A stretch of DNA of 64,000 nucleotides from an uncultured cyanobacterium (GCA_963703315.1 OY969811.1:1824001-1888000); one strand, 5' to 3'. Shown: positions 38,861 through 48,511, counted from the first letter of the stretch. Numbers and translations are program-made. The notes: generated from the sequence alone by a model not told the origin.

Positions 38861-40044
38861 TTTCTCCTAAAATCTCACCACCTCTTTGGATAGGCATAGC
38901 AATTTCCTTTTATGCCTTCATTGCCATTGGCATTGCCGAAGCGGGTTTAGGAGTATTACTTCCTTCTATTTTACGGGAATACAATCTTAATCCAGCAACA
39001 ATCACACTTCTATTTGTCAGTCAGATTAGTGGCTATATTCTTGCCGCCTTGACCAGTAGTGTAGTTAATAGCCGTCTGGGATTAGGAAAAATGCTTTTCT
39101 CTGCTGCCAGTATGCTGACAATGGCGCTAGGCATCTATGCTCTATCTCCCACTTGGTTGCTGATGGTGGCGGCAGGAACCCTTTTCGGCTTAGGAATTGG
39201 ACTGATTGATGCGGGTATTAATACCGCGATCGCACAAGATGATCACAGCACCCATTTAATTGGCTTGCTCCATGGATTCTATGGTATTGGCGCACTCTCA
39301 GGTGCGGCGATCGCGACGACTTTATTAGCGATCGACATGAACTGGCGACAGGTCTATGGAGTATTGGCAGGAATCGTCAGTTTATTGATGGTGAGTGTAT
39401 TCGCAGCAATTATTTATCGCTATCCATCTCTGACCAAAAGCCAAGCTGCATCCCATGCTCCCGCTTGGCAAAATCTAGGGCGATCGCTACAAACTCCCTT
39501 AGTTTGGCTCACAGGATTAATGCTGCTTATCTATGTCGGTTTAGAAGCATCAATTAGCAACTGGGCTTACATTGTCCAAGTTAGCGATCGCCAAATTCCT
39601 GCATTAGTTGCAGGGTATAGCATTAGTGCTTACTGGTTAGGCTTAACCATCGGTCGGTTTATACTCGGATATTTCTTGCGATCGCTAGGAGCCATAAAAA
39701 CGATTAGTATGTCCCTCATTCTGCTGATGATCGGGCTGTTAGCTTGGTGGCAACTACCTGAGCAGTGGATTAGTCTGCCGATGATCGGATTTGCCCTTGC
39801 GCCGATCTTTCCTGCTACCATCTGGCTAATTCCCAAACAGTTACCCGCCAGTCTAGTTCCTGCCGCCGTCAGCTTTGCAACCAGTGCTGCGAGTGTCGGT
39901 GCAGCAATGATTCCCTCTGGGGTGGGTTGGATTGCCAGTTGGTCGGGCTTAGGGATTATTCCTGTGTTGATGCTACCATTAGCGATCGCGATGATAGTTT
40001 TACATTGTGCAAATTCGCTCTATAAGAATATTCTCAAAACTTAA
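38857..40044 (+). CDS. MFS transporter
   Basis: About 12 TM segments, GLIDAGIN, LHGFYGIGA, YVGLE. Confidence 0.9.
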   Translation: MISPKISPPLWIGIAISFYAFIAIGIAEAGLGVLLPSILREYNLNPATITLLFVSQISGYILAALTSSVVNSRLGLGKMLFSAASMLTMALGIYALSPTWLLMVAAGTLFGLGIGLIDAGINTAIAQDDHSTHLIGLLHGFYGIGALSGAAIATTLLAIDMNWRQVYGVLAGIVSLLMVSVFAAIIYRYPSLTKSQAASHAPAWQNLGRSLQTPLVWLTGLMLLIYVGLEASISNWAYIVQVSDRQIPALVAGYSISAYWLGLTIGRFILGYFLRSLGAIKTISMSLILLMIGLLAWWQLPEQWISLPMIGFALAPIFPATIWLIPKQLPASLVPAAVSFATSAASVGAAMIPSGVGWIASWSGLGIIPVLMLPLAIAMIVLHCANSLYKNILKT

Positions 40045-40294
40045 TAGCTATCTCTTTTATTCCCATAGTCAATTTAGGGGTAACACTATAAAGATATTGA
40101 ATTTCCTTATTAGTTGCCACTGCTTGGGGAGGCAAAGCCGATGGAGCAGGTGTTAAATTGATGATCCAGACTGATATAGAGCCGATGAGCATGGGAAGAA
40201 AGCCTAATAACAGCAATCGTGGCGATCGCTCATGGACAGATGCAGAAGTCGGAGTTAGAGGCGACGATCGCATCCTCTGGAACTGAGGCGACAT
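40034..40294 (-). CDS. Small single-TM hypothetical protein
   Basis: 86-aa ATG ORF co-oriented with the upstream GNAT gene, one hydrophobic segment. Confidence 0.45.
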   Translation of the reverse strand: MSPQFQRMRSSPLTPTSASVHERSPRLLLLGFLPMLIGSISVWIINLTPAPSALPPQAVATNKEIQYLYSVTPKLTMGIKEIAIKF

Positions 40295-40345
40295 TGGACA
40301 ATTGCGCCAACAAAAAGGTGTATGACATTTTCCGCACTTCTAAGA

Positions 40346-41032
40346 TTAAGCCTGTGGCGATCGCATCATCATCCATAGGGGCGGTGCATCATTGGAAACT
40401 CGCAATTCATCGCGCACCACAAATCCATGTCGTTGATAGAATTTTACAGCGCGATCGGTGGAAGTAAAGAGATAGCAAATTTCACCTTGGCGATCGGCTT
40501 GTTGTAGAACGGGTTGTAATAGCAAGCTGCCAATTCCTTTGCCTTGCTTACTGGGGGATACGGCTAAACTATCTAGATACCAGTGCGGTGTTGGACAGTC
40601 ACGCAGGCGATAGGCTTCCGTTTTCGCAAATGCAGCGAGGAGTCGGCTCGTACAGATCCAGCCACTTTTTAGAAATATCTGCAAAATCAATGGAAGTGAC
40701 TGTAAAAATGACAGTGACTTTGCGTTAGGGGGCAACCAACTCGCAATTCCTGATACTTGCGGTTGACCGAACGAATCCGCAGTATCGCCATACTCTTGAT
40801 AGCTACAATAGATATGTCCTAAAGGGAAGTTATGACGTATCGTTCTGCTCAAATTATTTTCGAGGATTTCTAGGCGATCGCGCTCATTGGGTATGTGATA
40901 GCAGGTTAGGGGATCGCCCAAGAATGTGTCAGCCATCATTTTGGCAGCAATAGGGATTTGCGATTGTTGCAGCAAAATAATTTGCGGTTCTTCGGTTCTA
41001 ATAGTTTGATCGAAATTGTGAATATTCATCAA
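40346..41032 (-). CDS. GNAT family N-acetyltransferase
   Basis: HWYLDSLAVSPSKQGKGIG, FYQRHGF. Confidence 0.9.
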   Translation of the reverse strand: MMNIHNFDQTIRTEEPQIILLQQSQIPIAAKMMADTFLGDPLTCYHIPNERDRLEILENNLSRTIRHNFPLGHIYCSYQEYGDTADSFGQPQVSGIASWLPPNAKSLSFLQSLPLILQIFLKSGWICTSRLLAAFAKTEAYRLRDCPTPHWYLDSLAVSPSKQGKGIGSLLLQPVLQQADRQGEICYLFTSTDRAVKFYQRHGFVVRDELRVSNDAPPLWMMMRSPQA

Positions 41033-41166
41033 TGGAATTCCTGATCGTGTTAATTTTTGGACGAAATCTGAATCTTGCCTTGAACTTGTAAATTTGTGAA
41101 AGCAGTAACGCGGCGGCTATCCTCTGGACTCAAAAGCACTTTAACTTCAATCACGCGGCGATATTA

Positions 41167-41571
41167 TCAATAGTGGTAAATAGGTTGAGAACGACGGGGA
41201 TAGCGAGAATATCGATCGCCGTATCGATCTCCATATCGATCAGAACTTCTACAGAGCCTACGGGTTTGGCTTTCTTCTACCCATCCTGTGGCATACTTAG
41301 AGCCAAACCTACGTGTAGGTGCAGAGACTTCTAACCAGTTTCCATCTCGTCTAATTACATCTAAATTTGTGCCATTGGGATAGTCAACGATAAAGTTAAA
41401 AAAATTGTAGTTTGGATTGGCACGGATCTGAACATTGCCGCCTGCTCCTTGGGCAATAGTTTCACAGCGCCTTGCTTCGGCTTGATTACCAAAAAGTAAT
41501 AGGGAAGAGGCGATCGCCATACCTAGCAAACCAGTCTTTGGAAGAGCGTTGAGTAAAAATGAAGTGAGCAT
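41167..41571 (-). CDS. Secreted SH3b-like domain protein
   Basis: Signal peptide (…QAEA), NVQIRANP…W.EV…GWV pattern, DRYG repeats; ATG 41571 preferred. Confidence 0.7.
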   Translation of the reverse strand: MLTSFLLNALPKTGLLGMAIASSLLLFGNQAEARRCETIAQGAGGNVQIRANPNYNFFNFIVDYPNGTNLDVIRRDGNWLEVSAPTRRFGSKYATGWVEESQTRRLCRSSDRYGDRYGDRYSRYPRRSQPIYHY

Positions 41572-41625
41572 TGTTAAACCTCCTGAAATATCTTTAAATG
41601 CTTGCAAGTAGTGAATGAACAGAAA

Positions 41626-41952
41626 TTAACGAAAAGAATTAGAGCGGTGATAGTCGTAATCAGAAGCTTGATAGACAGAGTTGTATTGTTGCTGATGGAA
41701 TAGTTCTTCAATCCAGATCCTTACTTCTGCTTCAGAACCAAAGGATGCAGAACGATTAGTATTAGGATCATAGACTTCCCAATAGTCATTACCAAAGCGG
41801 TCTTGACGCTGCCAAATTTTGATTTCTGATTGAGAGTTGAAATATTCGACAAGGCGATCGCCTAATCTTCTGAGGTATTCCACGATATTGAAACGTGATG
41901 ATTGATTATGATCAGCGCTTGATTCCAGTGGTTGAGGGATGGGGGTATTCAT
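41626..41952 (-). CDS. Conserved cyanobacterial hypothetical protein
   Basis: IWQRQDRFG..YWEVYDP.T…F.SE.EVRIWIE motif. Confidence 0.75.
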   Translation of the reverse strand: MNTPIPQPLESSADHNQSSRFNIVEYLRRLGDRLVEYFNSQSEIKIWQRQDRFGNDYWEVYDPNTNRSASFGSEAEVRIWIEELFHQQQYNSVYQASDYDYHRSNSFR

Positions 41953-42394
41953 GGCGGTTATTTAGTCGTTACTTGCGAATGACTGCATACTAAAGCGATC
42001 GCTTTAGTCTCTGAATCCCCTGTTTCGTCTCAGCCGATCGACTCCCCCGATTGGATGAATCAATCGATAAAAAACACCCCGCGATCGCGGGTATTGCGAA
42101 AGCCTTGAATGAGGTGATGCTGTGGGATAGCAAATCTAAGTTGGAGACAAATTTATGCAGAGCATCGCAACTCCTGCGCTTTTTAGTCAGGCGATCGCCA
42201 AACATCCCTGTCACAATCAAAACTCTGACCTTGAAATATGCCTCAATACTTTCGTGCGTAGAGCTTTACATATTACTTCCACTGGTGAATACTCTGTAGA
42301 TACAGCCTTAGCAATTCTCGATCATGCATGGACTGCTCAAAAATTAATCTGGAGTCTCAGAGAATAAATAGAAGCAAGAATCTAAGATCCCCCG

Positions 42395-43813
42395 ATGAAT
42401 TTTTCAAAATCAAGTAAACAGGGTAAAGCCATGAGGCTCAGCCGTATCGTCAAACGCCTAGTTTCTCCAGAGAGTAATATTTCGTCAGAATTTTTAGCTT
42501 GGCGAAAACAGTTTTTCGCTGAACGCATTCAACTGATTGCTTGGACGATTTGGGCAGTTTTAATTCTAGTGACAATTTTAAACTTTACAGTTGTGATCCC
42601 TAGCCTGAACGCAACGGGCGATCCCAAATTGATGTTTAACACGGCGCGATCGCAATCTTATTTAGAAAGCTTGGTGATTCAACTTATTTGTTTTTCCCTT
42701 GGCTTAGTCATTTGCCGATCGCGTTGGGTTTATCAAAATCCTGCTAGGTGTTTTCTGCTCCTCAATGCCCTAGTGATTTTACCGACTCAGATCAATTCAT
42801 TATGGCAAGGTAAAATCAGCCTCGATTCTTCACTATGGCTAATCTATTATTCGCTACAAGCCTTTATCGTGCCAGTACATTGGCGACTGCATTTGCTTTG
42901 CCAGATTACGCCTTTAGTATATGTTTTGATTGCCTTTCTCATTGGTTTACGCGATCCCAATATTGACCTATTAGCTAATTATTTGATGACGGGAGTTTAT
43001 ACAATTGTCCTTTGTGCGATCGCTGATTCGGGAGCATTTCTGTTTGAGCGATCGCGGCGGCGGGAAATGGAGTTAAGGCAGCAGTTACGCGCTTTTATCC
43101 ATGCGGTATCCCATGATTTACGCAATCCAGTATTAGGTGCAGTGATGACTCTCAAGAGTTTTCTGAAACCTTCTGAATCAATGGCAACAATTCCAATGGA
43201 ATTACTAGAACAAATGATTGCTAGTGGTGAGCGTCAGGTCGAGTTAGTGAATACGCTTTTAGAAACCCATGCCACCGAGTTACAGGGAGTCGCCATTCAT
43301 CCACAAACTGTTTTTTTACATGAATTGGTGGCAAGTATTCTCAAGGACTTTCAGCCTTTCTTTGAGCAAGAACGTACTATTGTAAAGAATATCATCCCCC
43401 ATGATTTACCTTCTATCAATATCGATCCTTTGCAGTTTCGGCGCGTCTATGAAAACTTAATTTCTAACGCGCTCAAATACAATCGCACAGGTCTACAAAT
43501 CACTTTAGATGCGGAAACTTTTGAAAGTAAACGGCAACCTAAAAAGTTGTTAAGTAAATCCAAAAACCCAGCAATAACAACTTGGATGCGCTGCACCGTC
43601 AGCGATAACGGCATCGGTATTCCTCCTGAACAATGCGATCGCCTCTTTGATTTATACAGCCGTGGACGTGACCAAAGGAGATCGCTCAGTCTCGGATTAG
43701 GACTATATATGTGTCGCCAGATTATCTCCGCCCACGGTGGTGAAATTGGGGTGATCAGTAGCCCCGAAAAAGGTTCGACTTTTTGGTTCACAGTTCCCAT
43801 TGTCCAAAATTAG
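42395..43813 (+). CDS. Membrane-bound sensor histidine kinase
   Basis: N-terminal TM segments; HAVSHDLRNP, NLISNALKY, DNGIGI, GLGLY, GSTFWF. Confidence 0.95.
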   Translation: MNFSKSSKQGKAMRLSRIVKRLVSPESNISSEFLAWRKQFFAERIQLIAWTIWAVLILVTILNFTVVIPSLNATGDPKLMFNTARSQSYLESLVIQLICFSLGLVICRSRWVYQNPARCFLLLNALVILPTQINSLWQGKISLDSSLWLIYYSLQAFIVPVHWRLHLLCQITPLVYVLIAFLIGLRDPNIDLLANYLMTGVYTIVLCAIADSGAFLFERSRRREMELRQQLRAFIHAVSHDLRNPVLGAVMTLKSFLKPSESMATIPMELLEQMIASGERQVELVNTLLETHATELQGVAIHPQTVFLHELVASILKDFQPFFEQERTIVKNIIPHDLPSINIDPLQFRRVYENLISNALKYNRTGLQITLDAETFESKRQPKKLLSKSKNPAITTWMRCTVSDNGIGIPPEQCDRLFDLYSRGRDQRRSLSLGLGLYMCRQIISAHGGEIGVISSPEKGSTFWFTVPIVQN

Positions 43814-43836
43814 GCTAGAAATTCTTAATAATTACT

Positions 43837-44616
43837 ATGAATATCCATTCCACCAATCATCAATCTACTCACAAAAATATCCGTCTCGCATTATTTTGGG
43901 CAGTCTTAGGCGGATTCGGAACCCTTGCAGGTTTTCCCTATATCTTGTCACTCATGCCCACATCGGCAACTCCACCCGTTCCCTTGCCAATTTTGGCGAT
44001 CGCTGGCGCGGTTCAGTCGGGAGTTGTGATGTTCTTTTTAAGCTGGATTGGCTTACGTCTAGGGCGATCGCTTGGACTAGATACTCCCTTTGCCCGTGCT
44101 TTTGTCTATGGTGCAAAATTACCCAAAGTCTCAAAAATAGGACTAAGACTATCTCTAGTTAGTGGCATACTCGGCGGCGCAATTTTAGTGATTCTCGCTT
44201 TATTATTCCAGCCTCTCATGCCACAGACATCTACATCCGCTTCCTTAAATATCGATCTCTGGAAACGATTGTTGGCGGCTTTTTATGGTGGAATTACAGA
44301 AGAGATTCTCCTGCGATTATTTTTAATGACGCTGATTACTTGGATACTTTGGAAAAGTGGTTTGAGAACGAAAAATCATTCTACAAAATTAGCTTTCTGG
44401 ATCGCGATCGCGGCGGCGGCTTTAATCTTTGCGATCGCCCATTTACCAGTTGCCATAACCATCTGGACATTAACCCCGATTGTAATTATCCGCACGCTTT
44501 TACTAAATTCCCTGTTAGGCGTTGCCTTTGGCTATCTCTACTGGCGCTGGGGATTGGAATATGCAATTTTCTCTCACTTTCTCGCTGGGCTAGTTTTGCA
44601 TGGCATCGGTGGATAA
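43837..44616 (+). CDS. CPBP/Abi (CAAX) intramembrane metalloprotease family protein
   Basis: ITEEILLR, FAIAH, AIFSHF. Confidence 0.9.
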   Translation: MNIHSTNHQSTHKNIRLALFWAVLGGFGTLAGFPYILSLMPTSATPPVPLPILAIAGAVQSGVVMFFLSWIGLRLGRSLGLDTPFARAFVYGAKLPKVSKIGLRLSLVSGILGGAILVILALLFQPLMPQTSTSASLNIDLWKRLLAAFYGGITEEILLRLFLMTLITWILWKSGLRTKNHSTKLAFWIAIAAAALIFAIAHLPVAITIWTLTPIVIIRTLLLNSLLGVAFGYLYWRWGLEYAIFSHFLAGLVLHGIGG

Positions 44617-44865
44617 TTATGTATGGTAGGCGATCATGGAATCATCTTCTGTAAACTGCTCGATCGCTTCTAGCATTCCCTCTGAGTATGGCTCTAAGAT
44701 AGTAGTGCAAACGTGAAGTTCAGCTAGGGCATTACAGAACTCATCGGAGTCTGGACTCGTTGTTTCGAGAATGTTAATGGCTGCAATGGCGCGTTTTAGT
44801 TGGGGTTGGTATTCTGCCATGTGACGCTTGAGGCGATCAATTGGTTGTTTATAAGTTGTGTTCAT
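44617..44865 (-). CDS. Small acidic hypothetical protein (downstream gene of a TA-like pair)
   Basis: 82 aa, ATGA overlap with 44862-45056. Confidence 0.7.
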   Translation of the reverse strand: MNTTYKQPIDRLKRHMAEYQPQLKRAIAAINILETTSPDSDEFCNALAELHVCTTILEPYSEGMLEAIEQFTEDDSMIAYHT

Positions 44866-45056
44866 CTTTTGAGTCTCCTTTCTAGTTTTGCGATTTGGTT
44901 ATGACAGTTTGCTACGGTTTTCTCCCAGTGGGCAATTAACCCTAAATCTTGATTTTCAATTGGCTTTTCTCTTTCTTTTGCCAGTTTTTGTAAATGTTCT
45001 TCAAGTGCTTTGTATTGTCCTTCTAATTGAATGCGGTACTTTTTGTTGTCAGTCAT
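44862..45056 (-). CDS. Small basic helical hypothetical protein (upstream gene of a TA-like pair)
   Basis: 64 aa, EEHLQKL…HWEK motif, coupled to the downstream gene. Confidence 0.7.
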   Translation of the reverse strand: MTDNKKYRIQLEGQYKALEEHLQKLAKEREKPIENQDLGLIAHWEKTVANCHNQIAKLERRLKR

Positions 45057-45112
45057 TACTTCTGGTGTAGAATTTTAAAGTTTTTCAAACCTGCTTGTGG
45101 TGAAATCGCCAT

Positions 45113-45180
45113 GATGATCATCCTCTTATCGTAGTTACATTTTATATCGCTGATCGCTAAATCTACATAGCAATCTCGTC
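45113..45180. repeat. Spacer repeat A, copy 1 (copy 2 at 45840-45912)
   Basis: gatgatcatcctcttatcgt.gtta.attttatatcgc.gatc.ctaaatctacat shared by both copies. Confidence 0.9.
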
Positions 45181-45190
45181 CACGTTATTT

Positions 45191-45559
45191 TTACTGATCG
45201 CGTTGCTGATAAATACGGATACGTCCACGCTGAATTATCCAGAGATTTCCTGTGATGTTCTCACGCTCTAATCCTCCGATTAGAGTCTGAATAGCGTCAG
45301 TCAAATCATCTATTGTGGCTCTATTAGGAAGTCTTAACACAGCAATCCCTTTGTATTCAGATGGAATGTATTGTAGAGGATTACTAAAATCTAGATCTAG
45401 AGTAACAAGGCAGCGATCTTCTGCTTGGCAAACTTTGATGACAGTTGGATCGGATGCTGATGTTAGTCCTTGTTCAAGTACTGTAGAAACATCGTAACCT
45501 GCTTGTTTTAGTTGATTGATTCCTCTTTGACCAATATTCTCGTCTAGTTTAAATTTCAT
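45191..45559 (-). CDS. DUF5615 PIN-like toxin (VapC45 type)
   Basis: MKFKLDENI, ASD, LVTLDLDF. Confidence 0.9.
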   Translation of the reverse strand: MKFKLDENIGQRGINQLKQAGYDVSTVLEQGLTSASDPTVIKVCQAEDRCLVTLDLDFSNPLQYIPSEYKGIAVLRLPNRATIDDLTDAIQTLIGGLERENITGNLWIIQRGRIRIYQQRDQ

Positions 45560-45804
45560 GCTGATTGCTCGATGGGAATATCAATATAACGATCGCTTGA
45601 CATGGCAGCTCCATAGGCAATGCAAGCATAAATGTCTTCTGGTTGTAGTTGGGGATATTCTTCTAGGATTTCAGGAATGCTAGTGCCACTGGCTAGAAAG
45701 TCGAGAATTAGGGATACCCAAATGCGATGTCCACGAATACAGGGTTTTCCAAAACAGATATTAGGATTAATTGAGATTCGGTTTAATAGTTCTTTTTGTT
45801 TCAT
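45556..45804 (-). CDS. DUF433 antitoxin (VapB45 type)
   Basis: ISINPNICFGKPCIRGHRI.V…EYPQL..EDI.AC. Confidence 0.93.
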   Translation of the reverse strand: MKQKELLNRISINPNICFGKPCIRGHRIWVSLILDFLASGTSIPEILEEYPQLQPEDIYACIAYGAAMSSDRYIDIPIEQSA

Positions 45805-45896
45805 AACTTTATTTTGGGATTATTCTAGACATCTAATGCGATGATCATCCTCTTATCGTGGTTATATTTTATATCGCCGATCTCTAAATCTACATG

Positions 45897-46062
45897 GCGA
45901 TCGCTTCTCGTCAAACCTAAACAAAACCCAATCATCGCGTTGGTACTAAACAATCGGCGATCGCCCATTACTTGAGGATGCTGATTATGATCGGTGATCG
46001 CTGTCAATGTTACAGAAAATTGCTGACGCTCTCAATCAAAAGGTTGAGATTAAGTTTTCAGC
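45897..46062 (+). repeat. Spacer repeat B, copy 1; decayed XRE/HigA-type HTH fragment
   Basis: Matches 46972-47126; translates with a frameshift and stop as VGTKQSAIA/LEDADYD.*SLSMLQKIADALNQKVEIKF. Confidence 0.85.
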
Positions 46063-46272
46063 GATCGCGCCTTGAGACGGGTTTGGTATAGTCTCTGTAA
46101 CCTGCATTTTTACATGATCGATCCCATCCCCAAGTGCTGCGATCAGTTTAGTTCTGCCATTCATTACGTCATCCCAACCTCGCCGAAAACTTTCTATCGC
46201 AGGTTCAAGTTCCTGTGAGGTTTTTTGTGAAGGTAGATTTTGAGATTTTTGTTGAATTGGCGGTTTGTGCAT
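46036..46272 (-). pseudogene. Probable antitoxin remnant
   Basis: ESFRRGWDDVMNGRT resembles small antitoxin C-termini; ORF runs into repeat B and has no partner. Confidence 0.4.
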
Positions 46273-46290
46273 TTTGTTGCTTCCTAATAG

Positions 46291-46710
46291 TTATTTTAAA
46301 ATCAAATTCTGGAAATGTTGGTATGAAATAATTTCTACACCTTGAAAAGGGTTTAATATCAACAAATCTGCATCACCTGTGACTAGGTAATTTGCATGAC
46401 CTGATACGGCTAAATCCAAGAGGAAATTATCTTTTGCGTCTCGACAATCTTCAAAATGATGAGTAATTTCAATCAATTCAACTTTTTCATAGAGAAGTGT
46501 CACTAAATCTTCAATGGCGATTTCTGAAAAGTATTTTTTAAATTTTGGACGTTTCAAAACTTTAATTAATTCGCCAAATAGGTCATCGCTAAATAGAACG
46601 ATTACTCGATCGCTAATAATGGCTTGGCTCAGACCTGTAAGTGATTTGCCAATGAGAAAGCTAATCCAAATATTCGTGTCGATAACAAGGCGAAGTGGAT
46701 TACCTTGCAT
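46291..46710 (-). CDS. PIN-domain toxin
   Basis: VIDTNIWIS, CRDAKDNFLLDLA, LVTGDADLL. Confidence 0.92.
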   Translation of the reverse strand: MQGNPLRLVIDTNIWISFLIGKSLTGLSQAIISDRVIVLFSDDLFGELIKVLKRPKFKKYFSEIAIEDLVTLLYEKVELIEITHHFEDCRDAKDNFLLDLAVSGHANYLVTGDADLLILNPFQGVEIISYQHFQNLILK

Positions 46711-46918
46711 GATAATTTGCTTGCCTTACGGCTTCAACTTCTTGAGTAATATCTTCTAAACTTAGCTCATCAGTTTGTACTGAACTTAAAAATTTATTGA
46801 ATCTCACTGAAAATGTGTCTTTTTCGAGCAACTGTAATAATTCGAGCTTTTCTTGTAGGTTGCATTGCGAAATTACTGTTTTAAGTTGAGAAAAGTCTAT
46901 GGAGATGGACACATTCAT
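46700..46918 (-). CDS. Antitoxin partner of the PIN toxin (VapB15-like)
   Basis: LSLEDITQEVEAVR C-terminal motif; overlaps the toxin start; ATG 46918 preferred. Confidence 0.75.
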   Translation of the reverse strand: MNVSISIDFSQLKTVISQCNLQEKLELLQLLEKDTFSVRFNKFLSSVQTDELSLEDITQEVEAVRQANYHAR

Positions 46919-46971
46919 TTTTGCCGTCCTACAAAAAATCATTAGCATTTGGATACTGCTAACATTGTACA

Positions 46972-47126
46972 GCGATCGCCTCTAGTCAAACCCAATCATC
47001 TCGTTGGTACTAAACAATCGGCGATCGCCCATTACTTGAGGATGCTCATTGTGATGGGCGATCGCTATCAATGTTAAAGAAAATTGCTGACGTTCTCAAT
47101 CAAAAAGTTGAGATTAAGTTTTCAGC
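46972..47126 (+). repeat. Spacer repeat B, copy 2
   Basis: Begins at a HIP1 site; high identity to 45897-46062. Confidence 0.85.
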
Positions 47127-47195
47127 AGTTATACTAAAACAATTTTAAGTTACACTAAAGCAATATACAATGGTCAGCTTTAGGCATTTATACAT

Positions 47196-47387
47196 ATGTC
47201 AATCAAATCTGTGAAAGTTGTAAACATATCGAATCTAAAAAAGTTAGAACTCTCAATTAATGATGAAGCGAAAGTTCTAAAAGTCGAAGGGTTTATCAGG
47301 GGAGAGAGAGTTTGGACACATCTTCTATCTTATCCAATATCTGAGGATGAGGCTTTAGAAAAGTTCAAGAACAATTTTGAGAGCTAA
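47196..47387 (+). CDS. Small hypothetical protein
   Basis: 63-aa ATG ORF in an AT-rich block, 17 bp from the next ORF. Confidence 0.5.
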   Translation: MSIKSVKVVNISNLKKLELSINDEAKVLKVEGFIRGERVWTHLLSYPISEDEALEKFKNNFES

Positions 47388-47404
47388 AAATCTTCTGCAA
47401 GCGT

Positions 47405-47686
47405 ATGTTAGAAATATTTTCCGCTTTAACTGGGATAGTAATCCCAGCTTTGATTGCAATAGGAATTCTTGGACTTGCGTTTATTATCTGGATTGTAATA
47501 CCTCTAATAATAGAAGATCCAAAAACTTGTATTAAGTCGGCTGTCCCTTTTATATGGATTGCTTCAGTAATTTATTATCTTGTTGTCTATGGAAGTTCTA
47601 TGCTGACAAGTGCTTCATCTTTTATGGGGTTTCTAGCGATTTTTTTTGGTGGAGCTTTCATAGTATCTTGGCTTGATGATTGGTAA
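47405..47686 (+). CDS. Small three-TM membrane protein
   Basis: 93 aa, three hydrophobic segments. Confidence 0.6.
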   Translation: MLEIFSALTGIVIPALIAIGILGLAFIIWIVIPLIIEDPKTCIKSAVPFIWIASVIYYLVVYGSSMLTSASSFMGFLAIFFGGAFIVSWLDDW

Positions 47687-47774
47687 TGGAATTTAGCAAC
47701 AGAGAAATTAAACGATTGTATAGACTGATCTTGATCATACTCTTATCTTAGTTATATTTTGCGATACACTAGCT

Positions 47775-48443
47775 TCAGTCTTTGTTCGTAAGAGAGTTTG
47801 GCTTAATATCATATTTATATCTAGCCATAAAACTTTGAACATTTTTATAATCAAAATATTCAATATATTCCCAAGTAGTTTGATAAAATTCAGGCAGTTT
47901 TTTATTACTATTTTTATTGCCAATTATATTAAGCCAGTATTTTAGATAAGGCTCAAAATCACTTTTATCTAATAACCCAGATTCAATAGAAGCTTCAAAT
48001 CTCCCTAAATAGTCAAAGAAGATATCAAAATAATCTCTAATCAAAGATTGACGAGGTGAAAAGTCTCCTTCTCTAGTTGCTCTCAGAGATAGACATAATT
48101 CACTATTTATATTGTCATTATCTAACTCGAATTTTATACCTTTTGAAAGTTGTATAGCTCGAATATCCCAATCAAGCATCATCATTACTTTTTGAACTGC
48201 TAGGTCTGATCTAAACTCTTTGATTTCTCTAGCTGCGAATTCAGATCTTTTCCATTTTTGCTCTTTTTCATATTGCTCACTACCTCTCCAAAAAAGAAAA
48301 AAACCAATGATTGGGGTAATAACACTAACCACTTCTTTGATTAAGATAATTAAATCTTTGTTCTGCTCAGGGAAGTAAAAAATTACAGTGATCGTAACTA
48401 TTATTAGTAAAAAAATAATTATATAAGTATATTTGTTCAACAT
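47775..48443 (-). CDS. Membrane-anchored hypothetical protein
   Basis: Two N-terminal TM segments and a helical soluble domain; 222-aa open frame in very AT-rich DNA. Confidence 0.7.
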   Translation of the reverse strand: MLNKYTYIIIFLLIIVTITVIFYFPEQNKDLIILIKEVVSVITPIIGFFLFWRGSEQYEKEQKWKRSEFAAREIKEFRSDLAVQKVMMMLDWDIRAIQLSKGIKFELDNDNINSELCLSLRATREGDFSPRQSLIRDYFDIFFDYLGRFEASIESGLLDKSDFEPYLKYWLNIIGNKNSNKKLPEFYQTTWEYIEYFDYKNVQSFMARYKYDIKPNSLTNKD

Positions 48444-48511
48444 AAAAAAGTAAATTTTAGTTGTGGTTTATATTAATTGCTTTGGTAAGGTAATTTTATT
48501 TTTGAGAAAAT

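Noticed and set aside
41990..42367. Three overlapping 70-82 aa ORFs
   Set aside because: Mutually overlapping, no recognisable motifs; treated as non-coding
45825..46007. 60-aa minus-strand ORF
   Set aside because: Lies wholly within spacer repeats A and B, antisense to the HTH relic
45113..47126. CRISPR array or classical attC integron
   Set aside because: Repeats are 70-160 bp, two copies each and irregularly spaced; no cas or intI gene, and no clear attC R/L box structure seen
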